64,000 nt of DNA from Thermoguttaceae bacterium (GCA_017434455.1 JAFRFG010000012.1:43688-107687); one strand, 5' to 3'. Numbered from the stretch's first letter, positions 45,773-56,312 are shown. Program-made: numbers and translations. The notes: a model not told the origin generated them from the letters alone.

Positions 45773-45904
45773 TTGTGTCTCCTAAAGGGTGAGTGACGGG
45801 GGGATTTCCCACGAATGAATATTCATCTGGGAAGGTATTCTACCACAGACCGCGATAGAAATTCAACAGGGGGCCGCCCGCGGCTTATTGGGCGGCCGCC
45901 GGTT

Positions 45905-46732
45905 TTATTTTTCCGCGGCCCGCACCGGGTTGGTGAGGGTCCCGATCCCTTCGATTTCGACCTCGATGGTGTCGCCGTGCTTCATAAAGACCGGCGGAAC
46001 ACGCCGCATGCCGACCCCGCCGGGGGTTCCGGTGAAGATCAGATCGCCGGGGCGAAGGGTCATGACCTGCGAGACGTAGGCGATCAGCTCCTCGACCGGG
46101 AAGATAAAGTTCCTGGTGTTGGACGACTGCATCGTCGTGCCGTTGAGCCGTGAGGAGATGTCAAGGGTATTCGGGCAGGGGATCTCATCGCGAGTGACCA
46201 GGACCGGCCCGATCGGGGCGAAGGTATCGAACGACTTGCCGAGGAACCACTGCCCCGCCGGTTTGCCGCTTTGCCAGTCGCGGCAGGAGACATCGTTGCC
46301 GCAGGTATAGCCGAAGACATAGTCCAGCGCCTCGGCGCGGTCGATGTTTCGGCCCTGTTTCCCGATGACGACGACCAGTTCGGCCTCGTAGTCGATCTTG
46401 TCGCTGACCGTCGGAAGGACAATTGCCTGAGAGTCGGCGTTTAAGGCCGAAAGCGCCTTGCAGAAATAGACCGGTTCGGCGGGGATCGGATCGTTGAACT
46501 CCGCGGCGTGATCGGCGTAATTCAGTCCGACGCAGAGGATCTTCTCGCAGAAGGGAACCGGGGGGAGAAGGACGATTTCTCCGGCCAGCGGGACGGTCGG
46601 TTCCCCCGCGCCGGGGAAGGCGTCCCCGTCGGGGCCGGTGAGCTGCCGCCACGCCCCGTCGCTTTCGGACCAGACCGCCCATCGGCTTTTTTTGCTGTCG
46701 TCGGCCCTGTAGAAAAATCGTTTCAACCGCAT
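45905..46732 (-). CDS. fumarylacetoacetate hydrolase (FAH) family protein
   Basis: 275 aa: ..[15 protein letters not shown].., ..[12 protein letters not shown].., ..[13 protein letters not shown]... Confidence 0.85.
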   Translation of the reverse strand: MRLKRFFYRADDSKKSRWAVWSESDGAWRQLTGPDGDAFPGAGEPTVPLAGEIVLLPPVPFCEKILCVGLNYADHAAEFNDPIPAEPVYFCKALSALNADSQAIVLPTVSDKIDYEAELVVVIGKQGRNIDRAEALDYVFGYTCGNDVSCRDWQSGKPAGQWFLGKSFDTFAPIGPVLVTRDEIPCPNTLDISSRLNGTTMQSSNTRNFIFPVEELIAYVSQVMTLRPGDLIFTGTPGGVGMRRVPPVFMKHGDTIEVEIEGIGTLTNPVRAAEK

Positions 46733-47095
46733 GGTCAGTTTCCTTTCGGGGAGAGGGGGAAAAAAGGATTTTTACAGAAACGGGCCCGGTATGTCGATAC
46801 CTAGGCCCATAAGGGGTGTGGGAGCAAAGACCCCACGCGAGGGATTGTACCCGTTTTGCCGCCGGTAAGAAAGGGTTTTCCGCGCGAAAGAGCGGTTTTT
46901 GCCTATGTCCCCCCAAGGGGGAGATAGGCGGCGGCCGGCTGGGTAAGAGGCGTATTTCGGGGGGGAGAGAGAATCCCCTTTTTTCCTGTTGGGATTTCTG
47001 TTAGAATTGCCCCCGAACTTGGACGGGGGGCAAGAATGTATCTCTCCCCGGGCCCCTTGCGTGGGAAACGCTCCTTCAAACGATACCCGCCGCCG

Positions 47096-47205
47096 AAACT
47101 GTCTGTAAGGCCCCCAAAGCTGTCTGTGAAGACCGAGAACTGTCTGCGGAGACACAAACTCTCTGCAGGGAACACCGTCTGTAAGGACCATCCGCAACGT
47201 GTCTG
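47096..47205 (+). repeat. five to six tandem ~20-bp direct repeats (AAcTGTCTGtaaGg..) directly abutting the start of the downstream gene
   Basis: The ctgtctg core starts at 47099, 47120 and 47140. Related cores are ctctctg at 47159, ccgtctg at 47175 and gtgtctg at 47199 (the last contains the GTG start). Confidence 0.65.
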
Positions 47206-48074
47206 ACCTGACCGTCATCATCCCCTTTCACGCGGAAACGCCTGTCGAATTCTTGGAAGAGACGCTGGCGTCGGTGCTGGAGTGCCGGTCCGACGGGCTC
47301 CAGATTCTCGTGGTGAACGCCGGTCAGTACAGCGACAGCTACTCGATTCAGGAAGAGGGGGTAAGGTTCCTCTCGGCCGATCCCCAGTCCGATCTGGTCG
47401 ACTGCGTGAAACTGGGGCTCAACGAGGCGGCCGCGCCGGTGGTTCAGATCCTGCTGTGCGGGGTCGTCGTGACCGAGGGGTGGGACGTGCGCGCCCTGGA
47501 GAGTTTCTATCCCGGCGGCGCCGCGGCGCTTGTTCCCCTGATCGAGGAGCCGTCTGAGGGGGAAACGGTTCGCCTGACCGGGTGGATCTATCGTCCCGAC
47601 GGAAAGATCGACGCCGCGGCCGAGGGTCCCGACCCCGCCGAGGGGATATTGGCTCCCACGCGATTTTCGGCGTTCTTCCGCCGCGATGTTCTCGCGGATC
47701 TGGATTGGCCGGAGGCGATTCCTATGGACTTCGCGATGATCGACGCGGCCCTGCTGGTCCGCGCCCTGGGGATGAAGGTGGTCCGTGACGAGGCGGTTCG
47801 CCTGGAGCTTCGCGACGTCGCCGAAGAGCCGGTGGACCTGTTCGGCTTCTGGAAGTACTCCGAATTTCTCCAATGCCGATGGCTTCCCCTGGCCGACGGT
47901 CAGACGCTCCCGCTTTACCGCGGCGGCTCGTTCTGGCTGAAAGTCCGGGCTTTCTTCTCCGGAAAATACCCCCTTTTTCACCGCGCCCAGGACGAGGGAA
48001 AGAATCTCGCGCTTCAGTGCCCCGTCAAGCCGATCCTCGAGCGCGCCTGCCGGACGGCGCAAAGCGAGCGGTAA
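47199..48074 (+). CDS. glycosyltransferase family 2-like protein (tentative)
   Basis: 291 aa with a GTG start: MSDLTVIIPFHAETPVEFLEETLASVLECRSDGLQILVVNAG (GT2-like N-terminus). G/C third-position bias. The antisense ORF 47076..48197 is R-rich and rejected. Confidence 0.55.
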   Translation: MSDLTVIIPFHAETPVEFLEETLASVLECRSDGLQILVVNAGQYSDSYSIQEEGVRFLSADPQSDLVDCVKLGLNEAAAPVVQILLCGVVVTEGWDVRALESFYPGGAAALVPLIEEPSEGETVRLTGWIYRPDGKIDAAAEGPDPAEGILAPTRFSAFFRRDVLADLDWPEAIPMDFAMIDAALLVRALGMKVVRDEAVRLELRDVAEEPVDLFGFWKYSEFLQCRWLPLADGQTLPLYRGGSFWLKVRAFFSGKYPLFHRAQDEGKNLALQCPVKPILERACRTAQSER

Positions 48075-48772
48075 AAACCCGGCGGCCCGGTTCGAAATTT
48101 TGCTCCCCGTTTGGGGATTCCTCCTCCGCGCCTGCCCCCGCGGTTTTCCCCGGCAGGGAAAATCTCTCTTCCCCCGGCGGGAAAAAACGTTTATCATCGC
48201 CGCGGAAAAAATCCGGTTTTTTTCGTTTTTTCACCCTTTTTGAAGGCGCGCCCCCCTTTTCCGCGCTGTTGGTTGCTTTATACTACCCCTTCGATGTTCA
48301 CTATCGCAAATTACCTCTAGACCGGTGCCGTGTGCGGTATCTCGATAAGGGGGCAAGAGTCTGTCTTTCATCGGGCTTCCCCCTCCAGACGAAAACTTGG
48401 GGGCGAGTGATCCTTCACATTTGGCGTGAAAGCGCCTTTTTTGCGGGAGCTCCAAGCCGGTAGTCGAAACGCCCGGACCGTTTCATCGCGAAGTGTTCCC
48501 ACTCCACTCTATAAACACGGGGACAATGTTCTGGGGCGACTGCGAAAAATGAATTTCTCCATAAGTTGAACAGCGTTGGGCGTGACTGCTTTGGCTCGGG
48601 CCGGTGAAAACCGGGCCGGGCCGGTAAAGCCGCGGGCGCACCGCCGAAAGAACTTTGGCTTTGAGCCGTTTTTCTTAAGGTGCGCGCGCCGCAAGGCCGG
48701 GGCGGTCAAGGCCTGGAAAAGAAGCTTGGCAAGCGGGATTCACGGACAAAGAAAGAACCTGGAGGTTTAATC

Positions 48773-49108
48773 GTGTCAGCATCTGGAAATGAAATCATCC
48801 GTATCAGGATGGAGGGTTTTGACCACACCGTTCTCGACAAATGCGCCTCGGAGATCGTTGATACGGCCAAAAAGACGGGTTCGAATGTTCGCGGTCCTAT
48901 CCCGCTTCCGACGAGAATCGAGCGTTATACGGTTCTGTCGAGTCCGCATGTCGACAAGAAGGCCCGTCAGCAGTTCGAGATTCGTACCCACAAGCGCGTG
49001 ATCGATCTGCTCGAGACGACCACCGCGACGATCGACGAACTCAACAAGCTGTCGCTGCCGGCCGGGGTCGACATCAAGATCAAAGCGATCAAGGCCAAGA
49101 AGCAATAA
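48773..49108 (+). CDS. rpsJ: 30S ribosomal protein S10
   Basis: GTG start 8 nt after GGAGG. ..[39 protein letters not shown]... It is the first gene of the S10 cluster. Confidence 0.93.
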   Translation: MSASGNEIIRIRMEGFDHTVLDKCASEIVDTAKKTGSNVRGPIPLPTRIERYTVLSSPHVDKKARQQFEIRTHKRVIDLLETTTATIDELNKLSLPAGVDIKIKAIKAKKQ

Positions 49109-49284
49109 GAACCATGTATGGCTGCCGCCAAGGGTAAAACCGAGCGCCCGGCAGCCATGGATTGACGTATCGACCTTCCTTAAAGGCATGTTGTTGCCCG
49201 GGTCGCAATGCGCAGCCGCCGGTGTTTGAGCGCCAAGCGAAAAATGAGGCGGTGAATATTTTTCTAACGAAGGATAAAAGACAA

Positions 49285-50004
49285 ATGGGAATCGGTTTAC
49301 TCGGTCAGAAAGTCGGAATGACCCAGCTCTTCACCGAACAGGGAGATGTGATCCCCGTGACCGTGATTCAGGCGGGTCCGTGCTGCGTTCTGCAGGTCAA
49401 GACGATGGAGAAGGACGGTTACGAGGCCGTTCAGATCGGTTTTAAAGATAAGCCCGAACGTTTGGCCACTCAGGCCGAGCTCGGTCACATCTCCAACTTC
49501 GAGGGGAAGCGTGCGGCCAAGCGCGCGGAAAAGGGGATCGAGCCGAAGGTCAAGGCCGGCTGCGCGCCGAAGCGCTATATCCGTGAGTTCCGCACCGCCG
49601 TGGACGGTATCGAAGTCGGTCAAAGCTTCGATGTCGACATCTTCGCCGACACCATCGCCGTCGATGTTTCGAGCGTCAGCAAAGGGCGCGGTTACTCCGG
49701 CGCCATGAAGCGTCACAACTTCTCCGGTCAGCGCGCCACCCACGGTGTGAAAAAGTGCCACCGTCACCTCGGGAGCACCGGCTGCTCGGCTTATCCGAGC
49801 CGTACCCCCAAGGGGAAGCGGATGCCCGGTCAGTATGGCAACACCAACTGCACCGTCCGCAATCAGAAGGTCGTGAAGATCGACAAAGAGAACAACCTGC
49901 TGATCATCCGCGGCGCGGTCCCCGGGCCGATCGGCGGTCTGGTCACCATTCGTCCGACGAACAAGCTCCCGGCTCCGAAGGCCAATAAGTGGCGCCTCGC
50001 CTAG
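49285..50004 (+). CDS. rplC: 50S ribosomal protein L3
   Basis: Start reassigned to MGIGLLGQKVGMTQLFTEQGDVIPVTVIQAGPC.., in frame with track ORF 49162..50004. Confidence 0.95.
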   Translation: MGIGLLGQKVGMTQLFTEQGDVIPVTVIQAGPCCVLQVKTMEKDGYEAVQIGFKDKPERLATQAELGHISNFEGKRAAKRAEKGIEPKVKAGCAPKRYIREFRTAVDGIEVGQSFDVDIFADTIAVDVSSVSKGRGYSGAMKRHNFSGQRATHGVKKCHRHLGSTGCSAYPSRTPKGKRMPGQYGNTNCTVRNQKVVKIDKENNLLIIRGAVPGPIGGLVTIRPTNKLPAPKANKWRLA

Positions 50005-50062
50005 TGTAGGCGGCAGTCGGTAATCAACGAAAACCTTCAGAGCATTTATATAGAGTACAACT

Positions 50063-50692
50063 ATGGCAAGTCTAACGATTTACGATAAAACGGGTGCCCA
50101 GGTCGGTACGCTTGATGTCGATACCGACGCGATGGCCCCGAAGATCAGCAAGCAGCTTCTTCATGACGCCGTCGTGATGTACCAGGCCAACCGCCGCCAA
50201 GGTTCCGTCAAGACCAAGTCCCGCGGCGAGGTCTCCGGAAGCCGCAAGAAGATGTACCGCCAGAAGGGTACCGGCAACGCCCGCGCCGGTCATAAGCGCA
50301 GCGGCGTGCGTCGCGGCGGCGGCCATATCTTCTCCCTTTCCCCGCGCGATTGGACCTACCGTCTCCCGAGCAAGAGTCTGCGCGCCGCGACCCGCATGGC
50401 GATGGCCTCGAAGATCGGCGCCGATGCCGTTAAGATCATCGACGCCCTCACCTTTGAGGCCCCCAAGACCAAAGAGGTCGCCGCCATCCTTAAGAACCTC
50501 TCCATTGCCAGTTCGCTTTTGATCGTGACCGAATCGGTCAACGACAACGTCTACAAGAGCGCGCGCAATCTCCCCCGCGTTTCCGTCCTCCCCGTGAGCG
50601 ACCTGAACGCTCTGGAAATTCTCAAGCCGAAGGAGGTTCTCCTGACCAAATCGGCGATGGAAAAATTCATCAACCCGTCGGCTGCCGAGTGA
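50063..50692 (+). CDS. rplD: 50S ribosomal protein L4
   Basis: 209 aa: ..[32 protein letters not shown].., in conserved order. Confidence 0.95.
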   Translation: MASLTIYDKTGAQVGTLDVDTDAMAPKISKQLLHDAVVMYQANRRQGSVKTKSRGEVSGSRKKMYRQKGTGNARAGHKRSGVRRGGGHIFSLSPRDWTYRLPSKSLRAATRMAMASKIGADAVKIIDALTFEAPKTKEVAAILKNLSIASSLLIVTESVNDNVYKSARNLPRVSVLPVSDLNALEILKPKEVLLTKSAMEKFINPSAAE

Positions 50693-50759
50693 TCGGGCGT
50701 TGATCGGTGAGCAATCCAAACAAGACAACGTGCAAATCAACTATAGGCGGAGCGCAGAT

Positions 50760-51068
50760 ATGGCTCAGAATAACGAAAAGAAAATCAAGCTGGAACCTTA
50801 CCAAGTGGTTCTTCGCCCCATCGTCACCGAAAAGGGTATGTTCAATGCGGACTCCCGCAATACCTACACCTTCGAGGTGAATCCGCTGGCGTCCAAGCAG
50901 GACATCAAAGAGGCGGTCGAGGAGCTCTTCGAAGTGAAGGTCGTTTCGGTCAACATCCAAAACCGCCCGGGCAAAAAGCGCCGAACCCGCCGCCTGATCG
51001 GTAAGACCAGAGATTGGAAGAAAGCGATGGTTACGCTCCATTCCGATCATCGCATCGATATCTTCTAA
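50760..51068 (+). CDS. rplW: 50S ribosomal protein L23
   Basis: [26 protein letters not shown].., in frame with track ORF 50700..51068. Confidence 0.93.
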   Translation: MAQNNEKKIKLEPYQVVLRPIVTEKGMFNADSRNTYTFEVNPLASKQDIKEAVEELFEVKVVSVNIQNRPGKKRRTRRLIGKTRDWKKAMVTLHSDHRIDIF

Positions 51069-51121
51069 CGGAAGCGACGCTTCGAATACGAAAGACGCTT
51101 ACAGATACAAGGATAACTACC

Positions 51122-51979
51122 ATGGGGATTAGAGTATACAAACCGAATAACGCCGGCCGGCGGAATATGAGCGTGAGCGATTTCTCCGAACTGACCAAGG
51201 GCGCTGTTCCCGAGAAGTCCCTTCTTCGTGCGAAGAAGCGCTGCAGCGGCCGCAACAACCAGGGGATCATCACCGTGCGTCATCGCGGCGGCGGGCACAA
51301 GCGCAAGCTCCGCGTGCTGGATTACCGCCGCATCAAAGACGGGATGAAGGCCGTCGTCGATTCGATTCAGTATGATCCGAACCGCACCGCCCGCATCGCG
51401 CTGCTCGTCTACGAAGACGGCACCAAGCGCTATATGGTCGCCCCCGAAGGGCTCAAGAAAGGCGATACCGTCGTCAGCGGCACCAAGTCGGCCCCGGTCA
51501 ACGGGAACTGCCTTCCTCTGAAAGAGATCCCGCTGGGGACCGAGATTCACAATATCGAGCTTCAGCCCGGCCGCGGCGGCAAGATGTGCCGCGCCGCCGG
51601 TACCAAGGCCACGCTGGTCGCCTGCGAAGACGACTGGGCGCAGATCACCCTTCCTTCCGGTGAAATTCGCCGTGTCCCCTCCGCCTGCCGCGCCGTCATC
51701 GGTGTGGTCGGCAACGGCGACCACATGAACATCGTGATCGGCAAGGCCGGCCGCAGCCGCTGGATGGGGCGCCGCCCCTATGTCCGCGGCACCGCGATGA
51801 ACCCGATCGACCACCCGCACGGGGGTGGTGAAGGACGTACCAAGGGCGGTCGTCACCCGGTCACCCCGACCGGCAAGCCGACGAAGGGGACGTCGACCAG
51901 AAAGCACAAGAAGCCGACGAACAAGGCGATCATCCGCCGCCGTCGCAGCCGCCGTTACGGCGTCCTGAAGCTTGGTTGA
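51122..51979 (+). CDS. rplB: 50S ribosomal protein L2
   Basis: [37 protein letters not shown].., in frame with track ORF 51014..51979. Confidence 0.95.
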   Translation: MGIRVYKPNNAGRRNMSVSDFSELTKGAVPEKSLLRAKKRCSGRNNQGIITVRHRGGGHKRKLRVLDYRRIKDGMKAVVDSIQYDPNRTARIALLVYEDGTKRYMVAPEGLKKGDTVVSGTKSAPVNGNCLPLKEIPLGTEIHNIELQPGRGGKMCRAAGTKATLVACEDDWAQITLPSGEIRRVPSACRAVIGVVGNGDHMNIVIGKAGRSRWMGRRPYVRGTAMNPIDHPHGGGEGRTKGGRHPVTPTGKPTKGTSTRKHKKPTNKAIIRRRRSRRYGVLKLG

Positions 51980-52047
51980 TAAACGGCGCAAAGTCAAGGT
52001 CATCAAGGTTGCACTTAGCAGCGTAACACGAAATATAGGCGAAATCG

Positions 52048-52317
52048 ATGAGTAGATCCAGTAAAAAAGGCCCTTTCGTCGACCACAACGTTTACGAGAA
52101 GGTTGAGAAACTCAATCAGCAGAACAAGAAAGAGCCCGTGACCACCTGGGCGCGCGCCTGCACCATTCTGCCGGAGTTCGTTGGTCATACCTTCATGGTT
52201 CACAACGGCAAGATCTTTGTCAAGGTATTCGTTACCGAAGAGATGGTCGGCCATCGTCTCGGCGAATTCTCCCCGACGCGTATCTTCCGCGGCCATGGCG
52301 GTAAGGGCAAGCGTTAA
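52048..52317 (+). CDS. rpsS: 30S ribosomal protein S19
   Basis: [35 protein letters not shown]. Confidence 0.95.
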   Translation: MSRSSKKGPFVDHNVYEKVEKLNQQNKKEPVTTWARACTILPEFVGHTFMVHNGKIFVKVFVTEEMVGHRLGEFSPTRIFRGHGGKGKR

Positions 52318-52451
52318 TAGCCGTGATTTGCCGCTCTTTCCCTTTCCCCGCTTCCGGTGTGAAAGACAAGATCGGCATTCGCTTCGGTGAACGAGTTTAA
52401 CATGCTACGCTTGAGCCGTTTTAGGTTCAACAAACAACATAGGGTGTTTCG

Positions 52452-52796
52452 ATGGAAGATCAAGTCAAACAACAATATGTCGCCAAGCACAAATTTGCTG
52501 TGATGAGCGCTCAGAAGGTTCGTCCCTTCGCGAATTTGATCCGGGGCAAGTACGCCGACGAGGCGATGGATATTCTCGCTTGCTTCCCGAATCGCGGCGC
52601 GCGTCTGCTCGAGGCCACGGTCAAAAGCGCCATTGCCAACGCCGAGGATCAGAACAATCCCGAGCCGAACAACCTCGTGGTTGAAGATGTGCGTGTCGAC
52701 GGTGGTCCGATGTTCAAGCGCTTCCGTCCGAAGTCTCGCGGTATGTCGAGCGTGATCAAGAAGCGTATGTGTCATATTACCGTGGTGTTGGGCTAA
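52452..52796 (+). CDS. rplV: 50S ribosomal protein L22
   Basis: 114 aa: ..SAQKVRPFANLIRGKYADEAMDIL..RFRPKSRGMSSVIKKRMCHITVVL. Confidence 0.93.
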   Translation: MEDQVKQQYVAKHKFAVMSAQKVRPFANLIRGKYADEAMDILACFPNRGARLLEATVKSAIANAEDQNNPEPNNLVVEDVRVDGGPMFKRFRPKSRGMSSVIKKRMCHITVVLG

Positions 52797-52887
52797 ATCA
52801 GCCGCGCGGTCCCCGGGCAAACGTTCAAACGCAGCCGGCGGGGCCTTACCGCTGAACTAAATACACTGAAAGAACCAGAGAGTCATT

Positions 52888-53610
52888 ATGGGACAGAAAG
52901 TAAATCCTGTCGCGTTCCGGACTGGCATCACCGAGGATTGGAAGAGCCGTTGGTATGCGCCGAAAAAGGAATTTGCCACCCTCCTGGTGGAGGATCAGAA
53001 GATCCGTTCCTTTGTCGCCAAGCGCCCGTACAACGACCGCGACGGCCGTCCGATCGATCCGGCGATCGCCCGGGTCGAGATCGAGCGCACTCGTGACGAA
53101 GTCCGCGTTGTCATTCGTACCGGCCGTTCCGGTATCATGATCGGCAACAAGGGGGAGAAGTCCGAGGAACTGAAAAATCAGCTCCAGAAGCTGACCGGCC
53201 GTAAAGTCAACCTCGTCATCGAGGACGTTAAGCGTCCCGAGCTGGTGGCTCAGATCGTCGCCGGTCGAATCGGGGAGCAGTTAGTCAGACGAGTCGGCTT
53301 CCGTCGCGCGATGAAGAAGATGATGGAAGAAGTGATGGCCGCCGGCGCCGAGGGCATCAAGATTCAGCTCTCCGGCCGTCTGGGCGGTGCCGAAATGGCG
53401 CGTTGCGAAAAGCAATCGCAGGGGTCGATTCCGCTTTCGACCATTCGCGCGAAGATCGACTACGGTTTCACCGAGGCGAAGATCGCGCAGGGTCATATCG
53501 GAATTCAGGTTTGGATCAATCAAGGCGAACAAAGCGAGGACGATAACAATGGCCAGAATGCCCAAAAGAGTAAAGCATCGAAAAATTCAAAGAGGGCGTA
53601 TAAGAGGTAA
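52888..53610 (+). CDS. rpsC: 30S ribosomal protein S3 (with a C-terminal extension)
   Basis: MGQKVNPVAFRTGITEDWKSRWYA.. Confidence 0.95.
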   Translation: MGQKVNPVAFRTGITEDWKSRWYAPKKEFATLLVEDQKIRSFVAKRPYNDRDGRPIDPAIARVEIERTRDEVRVVIRTGRSGIMIGNKGEKSEELKNQLQKLTGRKVNLVIEDVKRPELVAQIVAGRIGEQLVRRVGFRRAMKKMMEEVMAAGAEGIKIQLSGRLGGAEMARCEKQSQGSIPLSTIRAKIDYGFTEAKIAQGHIGIQVWINQGEQSEDDNNGQNAQKSKASKNSKRAYKR

Positions 53611-53965
53611 CGCCACCCGCGGTCAGTTGGTCTCCTTCGGCGACTTCGGTCTTCAAACCCTCCAAGCCGGCTGGATCAACGCCAAGACCATCGAGGCCGG
53701 TCGTATTGCCGCTCAGCAGTACCTCCGCACCGAAGGCAAGCTGTACGTCCGCATCTTCCCCCATAAGTCGGTCACCTCGATTCCGCTGGAGACCCGTATG
53801 GGTAAGGGAAAGGGGGAGCCGGAGTACTGGGCAGCCGTCGTCCATCCGGGTACGGTGATGTACGAGATCAGCGGTGTTCCCGAAGAGACCGCGAAACTGT
53901 GTTTCAACCGTCTGGCGCACAAGATGCCTGTCAAGTGCAGGATGATCCGCCGCAGGACGATCTGA
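53549..53965 (+). CDS. rplP: 50S ribosomal protein L16
   Basis: MARMPKRVKHRKIQRGRIRGNATRG.. (alternative ATG at 53558). It overlaps the end of rpsC in another frame. Confidence 0.92.
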   Translation: MARMPKRVKHRKIQRGRIRGNATRGQLVSFGDFGLQTLQAGWINAKTIEAGRIAAQQYLRTEGKLYVRIFPHKSVTSIPLETRMGKGKGEPEYWAAVVHPGTVMYEISGVPEETAKLCFNRLAHKMPVKCRMIRRRTI

Positions 53966-53981
53966 CAGCGGGGAGGGAGAA

Positions 53982-54257
53982 ATGAAAGGTACAGATACAG
54001 CGAAAGAATTGCGTGAGATGAGCGTGGAGCAGCGTGCCAGTCTCCTCAAAGAGACGACCACCAAGCTCTTCAAGCTTCGTGTTCAGTCGAAGATGGAGCG
54101 TCTCGATTCTCCCAGCGAGGTCAAGAAGGCGAAGAAGCTGATCGCCCGTCTGAAGACGATCGAAACCGAGATGAACAAAGCCGCGAAGGCGGCCGAAGCC
54201 GAGCAGAAAGCCGCCGAAGCCGCGCCGAAGCCGGCCGAAGACCAGCCGCAGCAGTAA
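53982..54257 (+). CDS. rpmC: 50S ribosomal protein L29 (with an Ala/Lys/Glu-rich C-terminal extension)
   Basis: ..AKELREMSVEQRASLLKETTTKLFKLRVQ... Confidence 0.92.
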   Translation: MKGTDTAKELREMSVEQRASLLKETTTKLFKLRVQSKMERLDSPSEVKKAKKLIARLKTIETEMNKAAKAAEAEQKAAEAAPKPAEDQPQQ

Positions 54258-54349
54258 CAACCCACCGCCAGCGCTTCGGGCGCGGAATCGGCCGGCAGTT
54301 TTGCTCACCGATCGCGGGTGTAGATAAAGGAATATGTTCGGCGGGACTT

Positions 54350-54426
54350 CTTCGGTCAGCCGGGCAAAGTTCCGTCAGCAAGACAAAATTCAGTCAGCCA
54401 GACAAGCACAGTCAGCCAGACACAGA
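54350..54426 (+). repeat. four tandem ~19-bp direct repeats (TTCaGTCAGCCAGACAaa) in the rpmC-rpsQ spacer
   Basis: gtcag starts at 54355, 54374, 54393 and 54411 (spacing 19, 19, 18). The array ends 9 nt before the rpsQ ATG, overlapping its GAGG ribosome-binding site. Confidence 0.7.
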
Positions 54427-54434
54427 GGTAAGAT

Positions 54435-54704
54435 ATGCCTAAACTGAAGGTCGTCGGAGTCGTTAAGACCGACAAGATGGCAAAGACTCGCCGGGTCGAG
54501 ATCCCCCGGATGATGAAGTACCCCAAGTACGGCAAGTATGTCCGTACTCGGACCGTATGCTACGTTCACGACGAGAACAACGAGTCCTCGGTCGGTGATA
54601 CCGTAGAGATCGAGGAGTGCCGTCCGATCTCGAAGATGAAGCGCTGGAAGCTGGTGAGCATCCTCCGCAAAGCGGAAAAGATTGACATCTCCGCGGCTCA
54701 GTAA
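54435..54704 (+). CDS. rpsQ: 30S ribosomal protein S17
   Basis: MPKLKVVGVVKTDKMAKTRRVEI..VGDTVEIEECRPISKMKRWKLV. Confidence 0.95.
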   Translation: MPKLKVVGVVKTDKMAKTRRVEIPRMMKYPKYGKYVRTRTVCYVHDENNESSVGDTVEIEECRPISKMKRWKLVSILRKAEKIDISAAQ

Positions 54705-54779
54705 GCCGCGCGCGAGCGGTCAGTTCGTCCTTTCGTACTTAAGTCAAAGTCACATTCAGATATAAACGAGTGAATCACC

Positions 54780-55148
54780 ATGATCCAGATGCAAACACGT
54801 TTGGATGCGGCGGATAACGCGGGAGCCAAAGAGCTCCAGTGTATCAAGGTGCTTGGGGGAACCCATCGCCGCTGCGCCGGTCTGGGCGATATTATCGTGT
54901 GTTCCGTCAAGTCGGTCATTCCGGGCAGCCCCATCAAGAAGGGGTCCGTCGTCCGGGCGGTCATCGTTCGGACCAAGAGCCCGACCCGTCGTGACGATGG
55001 GAGCTACATCCGCTTTGATTCCAACGCGGTTGTCCTGATCGATAACGACAAGAATCCCCGCGGAACTCGCGTCTTCGGAGCCGTTGCTCGTGAACTTCGC
55101 GATCTCGGTTTCATGAAAATCATTTCTTTGGCGAGTGAGGTGGTCTGA
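54780..55148 (+). CDS. rplN: 50S ribosomal protein L14
   Basis: [27 protein letters not shown].. Confidence 0.96.
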   Translation: MIQMQTRLDAADNAGAKELQCIKVLGGTHRRCAGLGDIIVCSVKSVIPGSPIKKGSVVRAVIVRTKSPTRRDDGSYIRFDSNAVVLIDNDKNPRGTRVFGAVARELRDLGFMKIISLASEVV

Positions 55149-55459
55149 TGAGAATCAAGAAGAATGACACTGTCCAGGTCCTCTCCGGCAAAGATCGCGG
55201 GGTCCAGGGTAAGGTGATCAAGGTGAACCGCGAGAAACAGATGGTTTCCGTCAGCGGGGTCGCCGAGGTCTTCCGCCATGTCAAGCGTTCGCAGAAGAAC
55301 GTGCAGGGCGGTCGTCTCTCCAAGAATATGCCTATCCCCGTCGGGAAGGTGATGCTGGTCTGCCCGGCCTGCAGCAAGCCGACCCGCGTCGGTGCCCGTG
55401 TCGACGAGAACGGCAAAAAGGTGCGCTTCTGCAAGAAGTGCAATGCCGTGATCGAGTAA
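55148..55459 (+). CDS. rplX: 50S ribosomal protein L24
   Basis: [26 protein letters not shown].. The TGATG junction overlaps the end of rplN. Confidence 0.95.
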   Translation: MRIKKNDTVQVLSGKDRGVQGKVIKVNREKQMVSVSGVAEVFRHVKRSQKNVQGGRLSKNMPIPVGKVMLVCPACSKPTRVGARVDENGKKVRFCKKCNAVIE

Positions 55460-55531
55460 GTGAGCACGCGGCGGTTTACCTGCTCGAAAGAGCGGAAGCG
55501 TTTTTGAATAGAAATCAAAAGTGGAAGAACT

Positions 55532-56089
55532 ATGACGCCGAGACTGTTAGAAAAATACAACCAGACGATCATTGAATCGCTGACGAAGAAACTGAACAAA
55601 ACCAATATTCACACGGTCCCGAAGCTCGAGAAGATCGTCGTGAATATGGGTGTCGGGAGCGCGATCCAGGACAAGAAGTACCTCGAAGAGGCCGTCGACG
55701 TCCTGACCCAGATCTCCGGCCAGAAGCCCGTGGTCACCGTCGCCCGCCGCAGCATCGCCGGTTTCCGTCTCCGTGAGGGGATGCAGATCGGCTGCAAGGT
55801 GACCCTGCGCGGGGCCCGCATGTACGAGTTCATGGATCGTCTCATCTCGATCGTCCTCCCCCGTGTTCGCGACTTCCGCGGTCTGAACCCGAAGAGCTTC
55901 GACCATCATGGGAACTACAACCTCGGCCTCTCCGAGCAGCTGGTCTTCCCCGAGCTGAACCCGGACAAGTATACCAAGAGCCAAGGTATGAACATCACGT
56001 TCGTGACCAATGTCGAAAGCGATGACGAAGCCCGCGAACTCCTCAAAGAGTTCGGCATGCCGTTCAAGAAAGATAACGCTCCGCACTAG
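55532..56089 (+). CDS. rplE: 50S ribosomal protein L5
   Basis: [36 protein letters not shown].. Confidence 0.95.
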   Translation: MTPRLLEKYNQTIIESLTKKLNKTNIHTVPKLEKIVVNMGVGSAIQDKKYLEEAVDVLTQISGQKPVVTVARRSIAGFRLREGMQIGCKVTLRGARMYEFMDRLISIVLPRVRDFRGLNPKSFDHHGNYNLGLSEQLVFPELNPDKYTKSQGMNITFVTNVESDDEARELLKEFGMPFKKDNAPH

Positions 56090-56126
56090 AGCCAGGAACC
56101 GTTGATATCAAGGAACATACAAGACG

Positions 56127-56312
56127 ATGGCAAGCAAATCCAAAATCAATAAAGCCAACCGTGAGCCGAAGTTCAGCACGCGCCGTGAGAATCGGTGCAA
56201 GATCTGCGGTCGGCCCCGCGCGGTCTATCGCAAGTTCGGCGTCTGCCGCATCTGTTTTCGTGAACTGGCCGACAAAGGTCTGATTCCGGGCGTCAAGAAA
56301 GCGAGCTGGTGA
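56127..56312 (+). CDS. rpsZ: 30S ribosomal protein S14, zinc-binding type Z
   Basis: 61 aa with [20 protein letters not shown] (CxxC..CxxC). Confidence 0.95.
   Translation: MASKSKINKANREPKFSTRRENRCKICGRPRAVYRKFGVCRICFRELADKGLIPGVKKASW

Noticed and set aside
44738-54426. Interpreting the short tandem or phased repeat arrays (44738-44890, 47096-47205, 54350-54426) as CRISPR arrays, or as one shared motif family.
   Set aside because: The units are 18-24 bp and head-to-tail, without unique spacers, and no cas genes are present. The three consensus sequences differ and share at most a 5-6-nt core, so a common binding factor is speculative.
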